64,000 nucleotides of DNA from Tubulanus polymorphus (taxonomy: Eukaryota; Animalia; Nemertea): assembly GCF_964204645.1 (NCBI RefSeq), contig NC_134030.1:11429947-11493946 (forward strand). Reading direction: 5' to 3'. Position numbers and translations under genes: made by a program. Shown here piece after piece: positions 51,401-62,400 of this stretch. The number at the start of each line of letters is the position of its first letter. Position 1 is the stretch's first letter. The notes under the pieces are model-generated. The model saw only the letters and a list, made by a program, of their open reading frames with translations, had not been told where the DNA came from and did not search any database.

Positions 51401-54400
51401 TCAATTACGGCGTTCAATCCAATGGAGGTAAGTTATTTCTACTCATTCATTATTCATTATTACTGCATCATGCATTGTCTTTCCTACAGGGATGAGAATT
51501 CCTTCGGAACGGCGCTTTCCTCAGGAAAATATCATTTTTCCAAATAGTCTAAAAATGATGTAAAAGTATACTAGGGGTATGATCCAGTCTGGTGCTATTG
51601 GTTATTGGGCATGTCTGGCGTGATGATAATTGGACGAACCGTAAAAGTGTTCAGTGCTTGTTTTACACATCATCGCTTATTGCTTTCGTTTCCTATTTAC
51701 TGGCCTGTTTCAGAGTTTTTAAATCGGAACCCTAAAAAGAAAAGAAAAAACTGGCTAGGGGCCTAGCCAATCATATTTTGAACACTGGTCACCATTTTAA
51801 TCTTAATAAATTAATTATGTATACCTGTAATTATGTATACCTTTAATAATTACACTAAACCCCCACATAGTTGAGTCTGCTCTGATTAATCAGATATCAT
51901 TTGCACCAACTTGAATAATGGCTAAACGCATAATTCCCGTCTTTCTAAGTATATTACTTAGTGCCTTACTAAGCACTAGTTATCTACTCACGACTACTTG
52001 TTCTCCCCTATATACCCCTGATCCTACTTAGTTCCTCTCACCTGATGATTGTCTCCAAAACGTTGTGTCTTTTGGTTTTAACTTTTGAATAATAAACTTT
52101 ACTTTTTATCATATAAATTCTGTATAAAGTCTGGGTTTTGAACAAGTTATCTGTTCTCCACATCAGAGTATGGCTATTCTAGCATAGTTGATAGTTGACC
52201 CCGCTTACAGTGTTGTTGTGGCTCAACTTTACTTTGCCAAGACTGCATCTTTGTACATATATCGCAAAGGTAATCTAGACATTCCCAGAAAAAATCAGTT
52301 GTCTGCTCAAAAGTAAACTGTACTCAGTTGATCCTACTTAACCCATGGTCCATTATATGAGTTCTGATAAATATGATTTAAGCCGGGCGTACACAGTTGC
52401 GATCATTGTGTATCATCGATGAAAATCGTATCATCCCCGCATACCTTTGCGATTTTTTATGAGGACCTCGAGTTGGATTCAATCACGTGACTGAGCCGCC
52501 ATTTTGAACATCACGTGATTGCTTCATCCTTAATTCTGATTGGCTACTAAAAATTTTCGTTCGGAACATTGACAGCGTAGCCCACACACCTTTACAATTT
52601 TCATCTCACAGAAAAATTGCATGCGAAAATATCAAAGATGTTTGATTTGTTGCGATGAAGCGATGATACGATGAAATCTGCTCCTGATGCCACGGCATAA
52701 TACCTTTACGATGATGCGATAAAACCATGTGATGAAGCGATCATACAATCAATTGCAAAGGTGTGCACCGGGCTTTACATTTTACATTTTATGACCTGGA
52801 CTAAAAAAGTTTTCAAAGGATGGTTTGAGAAACTGACACATTTTCACAATTTGGGACGCATGGTCAGCTTAGAACTTTTTCAATAATGAACAATCAATCT
52901 AGAAATGAGTTATTTTCAAGCAGAAATGTTGTGCTGCATACAGTCATCCATCATCAGGTGGGATGTTCACACAAATTGCCTCCAAACATTTTACTTGACC
53001 ACAACCTTGACCTGGCACGACATCAAATGAATCAAAAAAATTTATATTGTAAAATGTATTTTTGTATTAGTAATGTGTCGTATGACCCCTGAAAATTATT
53101 TTTGCCATTTTTTTAATGAAATCTAACACCGCTTCAGGTATTTTGATTGAATCAATAATTTGGCAAGTGATATTTTCCTGTTGAAACCAGTCCATTTTAT
53201 AGTCCCAAAAATACCCAATTTTCTCGGAATTATATATATTTAGCATTTTACAGTTCCCCTTTTTTTCTGGCAGTAGCAGCCTGTCGACCATTTACATTAC
53301 TTATACGTTTGTGTTGAGAAATTTCACATGATGTTTAGTAAGTATGACTATATATGTGCTGTACTGTTAGGCTATAAAGATACTGGATAAGTTCTCTATA
53401 GTGAGCACTTGATATTATGGTTGTCGAGTATCTGTATGTATTGGGAAATTGGTAAAACGTTCCAACAAAGCTCTATTTATTTCCAGCACTGACATTTTAC
53501 TGGTAGTAGGTATTGAAACCCTGGATTAATTCATTCAACATTGATAGATATGCTGATAAATATACTTTTTGGTATTTTATGCTAACAGAGGTCAGATCTA
53601 TATGAAAAAAATTAAAAGATAGATTTCTGCCTGAAAAAAAATTTTAAAACCATGAAAACGAGACAAATCCAAGAAAGGAAAGAAAAAACGAAAATTTAAG
53701 AAAAATGTTATAGAATGGTCCTGAGAGTAACTTTCTCTAAGTAGTAAGCTATTGTTGGCACAAATTGTGACCACTGGACATACTCAGCTGATGTTTTGTT
53801 TTTATTAGGAGGTGAATAGTTGTTGGAATTGATGTGGCAAGTTTCCTCCATCAATCCCAAGCCATTTGGAAGTGCTAGGACGAAATGTGCAAAATTTCAA
53901 TGAATTTTTCCCCATTCTACTAATCGATGCTTGACCTTGTTTATTGATGATGACATCACAGGGAAAGCCCTTCAGAAGGGCTTTCCCAGTGATGTCCTTT
54001 TTAAGAACATAGTATCGATTGTTCTGCCATGTAATGTGCTAGTGAGTCATAGGGAAAACCCATTACCATGCATATCATCGAAGTTGAATATGCTTATTAC
54101 GAAGTGCATCATGATTTCAACTTTTATATGTTACTGCAAATCTAAGAACAAATCGATTTTTGTGCTTAAAATTAAAATGTATCAGATGATCCTAGTGGAA
54201 CCATGGTCCTTTTTTGTGCCTTATAGTATGGAACTCAGAATTTAAGTACAAGCTGGAAAGATCCCAGTATTTTTGTTGTGAAAAAAGCTATTTGTTGCGA
54301 TTTGATAAAAATTTGAAAATTCCAGAGTTCCCCTGAACATACCAGGATATTGTTTCATTTATCTGAGGTTTACATATTTCAGTGGATTCCAGTATATTCA

Positions 54401-57400
54401 GTCAGTAAAACGTCTCTTGTTGGAATGACGAAAGCTCTGGCACCTTCTTGCGCCAAACGGAATGTTCGGGTTAATTGTATAGCTCCTGGAATAATCAAAA
54501 CAAAATTTAGCAAGATGGTTAGTATATTGTTTTCTTCATCTGCTGCACATTTACCAACACCTATCTGAGAGGTAAAGTGTAATTGAGATTCAATTAATAT
54601 CAATCATGAACATAAGATTATTTTATACACTGAAGTATTGACTTGTAAGATCAGCCCATTGGTCATAAAATCTAGACATCTTGCCAAACCTCATTATTGA
54701 AGATATTAGGTAAAACTACATAAAAAATCTCCTATATTTCTTCATGAGAGATAATTCGAGTTAATATAGTTGTATAATTGGCAAATATCAATGTTCTATG
54801 ATTGTTCTGGCATCCATTGTTTTACCAGTATGTACGGAGGTGCTTCCCTTATTGAATAAGCATTTTTGTAAAGTGCTTGGTCTCTAGTCCATGTAATTGT
54901 GCGCTGCCTTCTCTAGTGATTAAAGAAGAGTACCTTATGGACTACAAATGATTAATTATTCCTTGACATCATTATTTACTGCAAGATTGCCAAACAATCA
55001 ATGAAGCACCCATTGATTTCTTAAGTTAGAGCTTTGAAAAACAATTCATTTTACACGGGTTCATGATTCCATATATCTTGAGTATCTGTGATGATTTGTT
55101 TATATACTCTTTGACTGATTGTAGCTTAGCACATTTTATGGGAAGTATGATGCTTGATTGAAGCTTGATTGATAAATCTGGCATGGTAGCTGTTGTTTCT
55201 TTGAACTGTCCTCCTGATAAAAATGTTCTACCCGGTACCTTGTTATTATTGCAAGCATTTTTGTTACAGCTCTGGGAAAACGAAGATCTTGGTAAAACCG
55301 TTTTAACATCTATGCCTATAAAAAGGTACAGTATAAGACTCAATGGTACATTACTCTATAGGCGCGTTCACACGACGAAATTTAGACCGGTCTAAATTTG
55401 GTCCGGTCCAATTTAGACCGGACCAAGCGTTCACATGGGCAAAAATACTGTTCCAAATTAGACCGGTCTAGTTTATACCGGTCTAATTTGGCACGGTCTA
55501 AAGGAGCGAACCAGGTCCGGACCAAATTTTGGACTGGTCTAAATATGTGTGTGTGTGGACATAAACTGGTACCAGGTCCGGTCTAAATCGTAATTCTTAA
55601 TCTCTGCAGTATAGATGTCGCGACCTCTGCGGCAGAGTATGAGTCCAGCTTATTAAGTTTTTAATGCTTTTATTACCGTTCATGTAATTATTCTTAAGAA
55701 CTGTTTTTCCTCCCTATACTATGGAAATGTTTGGAGCATAATTCGTATTCGTATATCGCGATCATCATCCGTTTTACTGCCGTACTTTGAACCGTGTTTA
55801 AACGACACTTAATGGTTTCAGCGTGATAGAATAAAATCGAATTCGCAAAAATGTCTAAACCTGACAGAGGATCGAATTGGTCAGATGAAGAATGTCTTGC
55901 TTCGAATCTGGAAGCAAGACTTCATCCAGGTGCAATTAATTATTTAGCAGATGGCGACATCTTGTGGGCCCGGTGACAAGCGATTTTATCACCGCGTTTC
56001 AAAACACTGTGTGAACGCTCATCAAAATTTGGTCCGGTCTAAATTTGAACCGGACCAGGGACCGACCCATTTAGACTGGTCTAACTAGTTGTCGTGTGGA
56101 CGCGGCTTATTAGATATTTCATGTCTAAGTCATGATTAGTGTTGAATGGTGGTTGAAATTACATAGTGTAGTAATATGTAGCTGTTCTTCATAATGCCTA
56201 CGAAAATCTTCCATATTAGTTTTATGAAACATATGGAATTCACAGGCATTGGACTGTTTGCGGGTGGGTGCTGTAGTAGCAGGGTGGCATTTTTTTACAA
56301 TACATTTTTAGAAAAGGGAACTAAGGGGTTGCACGTGCCGCAGGTGTGTCCCCCTGTATCCACCCCTGGACTTGATGACATTAGACCACACCAAAAAAAA
56401 ATCCTGTTTCTCGTGCGGAGCAATCACCAAAATGGGTAGGTAGGTAGGTTGGAAATTTTTAGGGTATTCTTCTAACAGTGGGTAGGTCACCGCAAATGAT
56501 TTTATACAGGACCAAATCTCCAGTTGAAATATGATTAGCAGTAAGTCAAAGAAGATCACAATAATAAAAGGAAGTTGAGGTTTTTATACAATAAACTATC
56601 AAAAGAACTATATTTTGAACAAATTTTACACTTACAAACTGTTTATAAAAAGAAACACATCAAAATCTTGAATAGGCCTTTAATATATTTTATACAGAAT
56701 TCCTGAATCCAAGGTCACCATAAATGTCTGATAAGCAATGTTGTCTGAGCACACCCGTACCATTTCCAGAATTAAATTGTTAAATCCGATGTATAAAAAT
56801 TAACAAGATAGAAATATTTACAAGAATGGGGAGCTTTGTAGTCGGTCGGCAACATATATATTTTTGAAAAAAGTTATATCATCCAAAACATTGAAATGAG
56901 GTCAGTAGGCAATTTTATTTTATTTCGAAAAAAATTATTTGAAATGATGAAATATCGGGTCAGTCGGGCCCAAAAAACATGGTTTTCTTTTGGTGTGGCC
57001 TTACCATCATCCGCATCTCCACTATCATCTTCTTCTTTACTGCCATTCACCATCATCGCCATATCCACCATCATCACCATTATCAAAATCATCTCCATCT
57101 TAACCATCACCACCCTCAACCATCATCACCATTATCCCAATCACTAATATCATCTCCACCATCATCGCCATCTCCACCATCTCTGATGAACTGCTGGCAT
57201 CAAGACTGCTACGGTACCAAACCCAGCATCTTACCCAACTTCTGATTGATTTTATTATAGCATTATTAATGCAAACCCCTCCAATTAGACCATGGCTGTC
57301 AGCAACGATGATTTAGAGTTTCGTTATAGTTCAGTTATATATTGATATGTCTCAATGAGCAGAGCGTTGAAGATTGAAATCGTGAGATTGTCGAACATTT

Positions 57401-58581
57401 CAAACCATTTAACCATGGCATCTCCAGACCCCTTGTTTATCATATTTCTCATGAATCGGTCCCAAATGATCCGGATTACGAACGTGACGATTTCAGCACA
57501 CAAATCCAGACCGTGTAATCGTCCAAACAGTTCCATCCATTACTAAACCGTAATTCTATGTATTGTTTGTACATTGATTATCACCTCGTATTTTTGGCCC
57601 TCGGGGAATAGTGCCATTAAGACGATGTCTGGAAATCAGCTGTGTACCGGGTATGTAACTTGCTAAGCACATACACTCGTCTGTACGGAAGAGCACCGGG
57701 CCACATGAAAATGTTTCTTCAAGTCGAAATTTCGACTTTTAATCTCGAAATTTCGAACTGTCGTTTTCTCTTCAAGCTAGGGTTAAACAATGCTGAAATA
57801 CGATACTGCCTTAGCAAGCACGATAACATCATTCTATGACCGAACAATTAGTCGAATAGGTGCAAAGTTTCGAGATTGAAAGTCGAAATTTCGACTTTAG
57901 AAAAAAATGTTATGTGGCCGCAATGCTCTTCCGTACGTCTGCGTGAATGCGATCACAGAAAGAAATAGTTCCGGGATTTTGGTTAAACGTTTTATCATTG
58001 TATTGCGCTAATGGTGATGACAGTTGATCCCAATCATTTGGAAAACATCAATTCAATCAATCTGAATGATTGGTCCTTACTGACCATTGCCTGCTTTAGT
58101 TGAAAAATACAATTGCACAGTATGAATAACGTTTAGCAGATATAGTATATTCACAAATTGGCATAACTATGAAGATGATAGATAGAGACAGGCGGGCCAT
58201 AGTGCATAAACCACAGGACTTATGGTCCTGTTGTTCTAAAAGCCAGGTTGGGTCTTTTAGTAAAGTGGTTATCTTATTCATTACCTTTATATACTTACTT
58301 CAACGTCATCGAAACCACCAGAATTACAAAATAAATCCTTAAGATAAAAATGTCATGCCAAGTTCAGGACCAAACTTTACATACACAGATATAGAGTCGG
58401 CATGCCACTTGATTCATGTACACTACATGTGCTACTGATTCCATCATTCGAAATCTTATTTTTCAGATTTGGAGATGTTGATGATTGTTCAGGAGTAGTT
58501 TCATTTCTCGCATCACAGGACGCAGCTTATATAACAGGTGAAACGATTGTTATAGCCGGTGGCATGCCATCTCGTCTCTAG
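6314..58581 (+). CDS. DHRS4: DHRS4-like dehydrogenase/reductase SDR family member 4, spliced CDS join(6314..6477,8633..8816,11408..11485,47613..47639,47739..47809,51376..51427,54383..54517,55270..55325,58467..58581), 882 nt / 293 aa
   Basis: Nine exons join in frame across GT..AG introns. The protein has the DHRS4-type cofactor motif KVAVVTASTAGIG, NNAG, catalytic Ser (VAS) and YSVSK, RVNCIAPG, and ends YITGETIVIAGGMPSRL (PTS1). It is colinear with human DHRS4 as I recall it. Confidence 0.95.
6902..8406. mobile_element. Non-autonomous foldback-type DNA transposon, 8-bp TSD (MULE/Merlin-like termini)
   Basis: TIR GGCTCAACTCCAGAACAGGT with right end ACCTATTCTGGAGTTGAACC. TSD GGCGGATT at 6894-6901 and 8407-8414. 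Inverted 43-bp tandem arrays (6978-7280, 8070-8330) flank a 50-bp tandem array (7300-7990). Confidence 0.88.
8633..8816 (+). CDS. DHRS4: DHRS4 exon 2 (IGFAIAKRLGQDGARVVICSRKQANV...CHVSQKEDRQKLLTK)
   Basis: Acceptor TAG ends at 8632, donor GTATTC at 8817. Completes the Gly-rich Rossmann motif. Confidence 0.95.
9241..10900 (+). mobile_element. Older diverged copy of the HINE family in intron 2
   Basis: 5' ACTTGGGACTTGAGACCCAGCGGGCTATTG, degenerate 154-bp repeats, 3' TCCCAAGTGGGCATGGTGTCCCTGGACCCC. Confidence 0.8.
11408..11485 (+). CDS. DHRS4: DHRS4 exon 3 (TQEHFGGIDILVNNAGTNPQYGDMLE)
   Basis: TTTTAAG acceptor, GTAAGT donor, NNAG motif. Confidence 0.95.
15191..15865. mobile_element. MITE, 5-bp TSD (hAT-like CAGGGG termini)
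   Basis: CAGGGGCAGATCTA...TAGATCTACCCCTG with ATAAT on both flanks. Confidence 0.85.
18508..18970 (+). repeat. Degenerate ~160-175-bp tandem duplication (~2.5 copies)
   Basis: TTTTGAGGATTTAAA..GGACTCA..ACTATAGTCCCCTGTGTACA recurs. Confidence 0.7.
20575..22690 (+). repeat. GC-richer patchwork tandem repeat block
   Basis: Shuffled modules GGGCCTTAGACCCTTGG, GCGGCCATACCAGGG, TAGAACCATTAAAACCC and TGCCCAAACTGCGAAAATGAGTGT recur several times. Confidence 0.75.
23055..42530 (+). repeat. Satellite array, ~26 monomers of 740-758 bp (modal 743 bp)
   Basis: Marker AGACCTTGTGCAACTTT occurs at 23122, 23880, 24624, 25380, 26123 ... 40287, 41031 and 41982. Central copies are near-identical; edge copies are more diverged. 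Confidence 0.97.
44264..45935 (-). pseudogene. pogo/Tigger (CENP-B-like) DDD transposase, disrupted
   Basis: ATG at 45935 gives MAEKRPRLSLSVKEKREIC (HTH), then SSGWLNRFK, FNMDETGLYY, KKAWMTS, LILDNAPSH and QPMDAGVI (DD36D spacing). One premature TAG near 45815 and frameshifts near 45670 and 45365. Confidence 0.92.
47145..47545 (+). repeat. Dispersed repeat copy related to 1-330
   Basis: Direct similarity, with a small internal duplication at 47465-47545. Confidence 0.78.
47613..47639 (+). CDS. DHRS4: DHRS4 exon 4, 27-nt microexon (STTEDNWDK)
   Basis: TTCTCTTTTCAG acceptor and GTTAGA donor. Supplies the conserved TExxWDK segment missing from exons 3 and 5; phase 0/0. Confidence 0.88.
47739..47809 (+). 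CDS. DHRS4: DHRS4 exon 5 (IFDTNVKSAFFLTQETVPYMKNRG)
   Basis: TTTTTCAG acceptor, GTAAGT donor, 71 nt. Confidence 0.95.
47840..48660 (+). mobile_element. Non-LTR retrotransposon (LINE) 3' ORF2 remnant
   Basis: Reads LFDQTIVPILTYGCEIWGF before the MITE, then FLRRVLHLRSTLSYVLYGE after it. Confidence 0.65.
47923..48244. mobile_element. MITE, 5-bp TSD
   Basis: TIR CAGTGGCGGATT...AATCCGCCACTG with TTCTC on both flanks. Confidence 0.88.
48782..49345 (+). pseudogene. LINE ORF1-like remnant (coiled coil + EQYSRRNNIRxxGVPE motif)
   Basis: Acidic and coiled-coil segment, then after the stop/frameshift at ~49190 NEQYSRRNNIRWLGVPESKDEN, a motif typical of non-LTR ORF1 proteins. Confidence 0.7.
49350..50520 (+). 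mobile_element. Truncated HINE-family copy interrupted by a MITE
   Basis: CCAAAAACTGGCCCTGTCAGATTCAAGATGGC... matches the HINE interior and resumes at 50220. Confidence 0.8.
49573..50219. mobile_element. MITE, 6-bp TSD (CAGGGATGAGAA-type termini)
   Basis: CAGATATGAGAA...TTCTCATCCCTG with TTTTTA duplicated relative to the HINE consensus. Confidence 0.8.
51376..51427 (+). CDS. DHRS4: DHRS4 exon 6 (GGSVIFVASITAFNPME)
   Basis: GCAG acceptor, GTAAGT donor, 52 nt, contains the catalytic Ser. Confidence 0.95.
51487..51680 (+). mobile_element. Left-end fragment of the same MITE family as 49573-50219
   Basis: CAGGGATGAGAATTCC...TCCAAATAGTCTAAAAATGATGTAAAAGTAT...GAACCGTAAAAG. Confidence 0.7.
51850..52110 (+). 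mobile_element. Penelope-like 3' end remnant with degenerate hammerhead core
   Basis: HIVESALINQ peptide, CCTGATGA...AAAACGTTG at 52041-52065, AATAAA downstream. Confidence 0.5.
52381..52774. mobile_element. PIF/Harbinger-like MITE, TTA TSD
   Basis: AGCCGGGCGTACAC...GTGTGCACCGGGCT with TTA on both flanks. Confidence 0.75.
54383..54517 (+). CDS. DHRS4: DHRS4 exon 7 (WIPVYSVSKTSLVGMTK...RVNCIAPGIIKTKFSKM)
   Basis: TTTCAG acceptor, GTTAGT donor, YxxxK catalytic motif, 135 nt. Confidence 0.96.
55270..55325 (+). CDS. DHRS4: DHRS4 exon 8 (LWENEDLGKTVLTSMPIKR)
   Basis: TTACAG acceptor, GTACAG donor, 56 nt. Confidence 0.93.
55360..56107. mobile_element. PIF/Harbinger-like non-autonomous element, TAT TSD
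   Basis: AGGCGCGTTCACACGAC...GTCGTGTGGACGCGGCT with TAT on both flanks. Internal TAGACCGGTCTA palindromes; Myb/SANT-like start MSKPDRGSNWSDEECL at 55851. Confidence 0.85.
56384..57000. mobile_element. MITE with TTA TSD (Zator/Harbinger-like GGCC termini)
   Basis: GACCACACCAAAA...TTTTGGTGTGGCC with TTA on both flanks. Confidence 0.75.
57004..57185 (+). repeat. Degenerate (CAT/CAC)n trinucleotide repeat
   Basis: Low-complexity CCATCATCACCA tract. Confidence 0.85.
57684..57935. mobile_element. MITE, 6-bp TSD, TACGG termini (IS3EU-like)
   Basis: TACGGAAGAGCA..GGCCACAT...ATGTGGCC..TGCTCTTCCGTA with CGTCTG on both flanks. Confidence 0.85.
58467..58581 (+). CDS. DHRS4: DHRS4 exon 9 (FGDVDDCSGVVSFLASQDAAYITGETIVIAGGMPSRL*)
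   Basis: TTTTTCAG acceptor, TAG stop at 58579-58581, PTS1 SRL. Confidence 0.96.
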
Positions 58582-58789
58582 ACATATACCCTGTTTTATG
58601 GAGGGCTTAACGTGACGTCATAATATCTTGCTAACCAATGCTGGACACTTCTCATGTATAGAAATACGTGTATAAGATATGCCGTAGATTGACAGACTTT
58701 GAGGGTCACACCGCGGTTTGTAGTCCGCATCAAAAGCATGGCCGCAAGACGTCTATATGAATACGATTTTGGGGTACCGGCTCAATTGC

Positions 58790-58795
58790 AATAAA
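58790..58795 (+). terminator. Candidate polyadenylation signal AATAAA for DHRS4
   Basis: First AATAAA, about 210 nt after the stop codon; another lies at 59099-59104. Confidence 0.35.
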
Positions 58796-59211
58796 ACGAA
58801 TAATCGAAGATGAGAGTGTGAATGAAAGGATAAGAATTTGACCTTTTTCCGACACTGATAAAAGGTCAATTACCATCTGTAGACTTCCAGCATTATATGA
58901 AATACGATAAGCAATCAAATATGCGAAGAATATAAATGAAAAATAGTTACACGAAGATGTATGTTTAGTAAATTATCAATTAAATATTAAGATGAAAAAG
59001 GATATTTTTCGTTAAAGTTCTTTTTTGATAACCGTATACTGTTTTAGAAATCATACCAATTTAATCGTCAATCAACCTTATAAACTATGATAGACGTGAA
59101 TAAATCACTTAAGAAGTATAAGATATTTAATATTTGTTTATTTTCTTGGATACATACATTTATAGTAGACCCTGATTATACATTTGTATAATTGAGGTTA
59201 TTTTGGAACAA

Positions 59212-59467
59212 CAGGGGTCGAAGGCCCTCATGTTGGAGTAGGCCTTGAATTTCCAATACCTAGATGCAATTTCAGGTCCTTCCCAATATAAACCAACAGG
59301 AACTTTGATACTTATTCACATTTCAAGTGTTGAGACAATGATCAAAAGGGCCGTGGCCGATTTTAGTGGGAGTTGAAAAAGGCCATTAAAAAAAAATTGG
59401 TGTGACTTTTGAATAGGCGCTCAGTTTTCAAGACCGTCTTGGAAAAGACGGTCTGGATCGGCCCCTG
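59212..59467. mobile_element. MITE, 5-bp TSD (CAGGGG termini)
   Basis: CAGGGGTCGA...TCGGCCCCTG with AACAA on both flanks. Confidence 0.8.
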
Positions 59468-62400
59468 AACAATGAAATCGACGCGGCTTCAGGAGAATGC
59501 TGGGTTCCACATCATAAAATATACACATAGCCTGTAGATCATCTAGATGATGGTGATACGTATAAATATAGTGGAACTGGTGTACGTCGGACAGCTTTAA
59601 GTCGGAAAGTCGGCCAAAACTCCCCAAAGTCCCGATTTTATCAGTTCATTTCCCTATCAAAATCTGTCTCAAAGTCGGATTTTAGAAGACGGCTATGCAA
59701 AGCAATACATTTTCAATCTCTAAGTCAGTTGGCTAATTTCACTAAGGTTGGCTAAGATCGTCACTGGCGCGCAGCGTCTATTATACACCGGTAGATCGAT
59801 TTTTCTGTCGACGGACACATGTTAAGCTCATGTTTACAATAGAAATCGGCTATAGAATACAGTATTGACCCCGTGACTCAGTTGGTTTAGGGTCTTAATT
59901 TGTAGCTAACTCGGATATTTCTTAGAAAAGCCCAAAATCCGTCTTACTCATAATCTCATAGTCAATATTTTCCCGTTGTCCCAACGTATCTGACTTATGC
60001 CAGTTCTACTGTAAAATCAAATTCCTGATTGAGTGTGTCCATTGTATCGAAAATACACATAGATTTTTGAATGTGTGTATAATACATGAACAGGGTCTTC
60101 CCGTCGGTCGTTACACTGCTTCGTTGTGCTTGTGATATACATATTGTTATACGGTAAATGTGAAAAGAAGGCTCACACCCAGGAGTATCCTCCCTCGGCA
60201 GGGATTCGAACCTGATTGCGTCGTTGGACATGTCCAGCGTAAGAGGGGCAATGTGCTGAGGTCAGGGGTTTGCATAGGCCCCGATTTTCTTATAAGAAAT
60301 GATCGCAACGTTTTTCGAACAAATCCACAAACAAAGAGTCACAAAATACATCAGACCTTCATGATATTATACACTACATATTAGCATCAATCACCAAGTG
60401 AGAATTACTTGGAACACGTGTTTTTACACTGTAAAAACCGATACAATAATGCATGTATACATTGATTATATACTACAACGCTTTATCTGGGCAACGTCCA
60501 CTATCTCATTTGCATTTTAAAATCATGAACTTTGGAATGCATTTGCTTTAAATAAATTTATTCCATGACTTATTTCTATCTGATAAATTTGCATTTCTTA
60601 TTAATGACACATTTTGTGTGTATGTACCCTATACCTTATAATTAAGATTGGCTGTCAGTCAATTCAGTACAATTCTCGATATTCGGTCATGTTCCATCCA
60701 ACACACCACCAACATCGAGATTCGTGATTTTGGCAGTTTATATCGGAGTATTTATAAATGGGGTTCCTGAACCATAATGCCGTTGCTTAATGTAACCTAC
60801 TAACTTGTATCTGTTCCAGATGAACCCAGTCTAATAACAATACGTTTCGGGAAATAGATAGAAATAAATCACCATTGACGTGGGTCCACGGAATGTCACA
60901 GTCACAACCTTGCTGGGGTAACACCGAGCGAAGCCAACATTGTAAAAGGGCACAATCACGTGCATATTGTCTAGGAGAATTCTAACAATGGGTACATGGT
61001 CAGCTATCATAGACTATGGCGCTTGCAAATTAACAGGATTTCGGAAGATGATGCAATGGTTGTGAAAACGGTAAATGGACAGACCATTGGTAGATTACCG
61101 GACAATCTCTCTGGTTTTATGGTTGACAAATTTTGAAGGAATTGCAAGGTTAGCCACACCAGCAATTCAGGTTTCAGTAGGATATCGTCAATTTTATACC
61201 CCCAGCAACGAAGTGTAGGGGTCATTTGAAGATTGTGATGATGTGTTGCAGTTATATGGCCCATGGCCAAGGGAGAATATGGGGGAATTTTAAATTTTAA
61301 GCTTGCGTTTAAATTTTAAGTTGAAAACAACAAAAAAACACAAATTCACAAGCAATTTCCGTGCGGGTTTTATCTTTTTATGGATAAGCAAGACAATGTC
61401 CAGCAACCATCTCATGCACACTAAATCTTCGGATTGAGCGTCATTATTTGACGGCAAGCAATCGATTGGTGTATGACGAAGAGGCAACCTGAAACCCATC
61501 ATATTGTATATAGGCATATGGACATGACTTTTCACGCATGGTATCGGACAGTTGAATAGGAATGTGTTTAGGATATTGATTGGCGGTGACGATATTCGGG
61601 GGAAATAAATCGGGATTTTTGTAATACATCAAAAATACAGTCGTTCCGTATTTTCGAAATTGTTGGGATAAGCGAGATGGCGGATCAAGACAGGATTTTA
61701 TTCAATTTTCAAGTAACTTCATGGGTCCAATTACATAATATCATTCATTGTCGATAATATAAGGCAATGGATATGTTTTATATATCATTAAGGCGTCAAT
61801 AAACTTTCAAGTTAGTTATCTTGTTATGTTATGCTCAACGGTTCGTTAGCTCCTGTATAAAGTACCGTTAAACCATCGTGTCATTGAGGTTGAATGATAA
61901 ACATTTGAGAATGAGAAAATCGGTTATTCTGTGGTATCTACACTCCTTGCAATAAGAACCACAGCTTGTACATGTTAAAGATTTTTATCCAAGGAATGCC
62001 CTTTTACGCAACCCTTTTGATTAAGCGAGGAAGGCACCTGGTTTAGAGAGCGTCTTAGTGATTTAAGTCAATGTATTGGTTGGCGAGAGAATTTCATTTT
62101 TTTTTCTTTTTATGGTAATGATAGGGGAAATCAGAAAAGATCCAGATTGTTTAAACATTTGTAACTTTGATATCATCAAAATGATTGATATTGGTTGACA
62201 ATATATCACATTATTCCACAGAACAATTGAAATATTTAGAAATGCTTCGTCAACAGATTGTAACAGGCTCTGGATAAATGATGAACAAGTAAATACATGT
62301 AGTTACTGACCACGCTTAGATACCCTATTACAATACCTGTACCCTCTGAACCATACTATTCAATCATCTATTCCAAGATATCAAAATTACTTCCCGCGCC

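Noticed and set aside
56874-57245. His-, Ile- or Met-rich ORFs
   Set aside because: Translations of the CAT/CAC trinucleotide tract and a MITE end.
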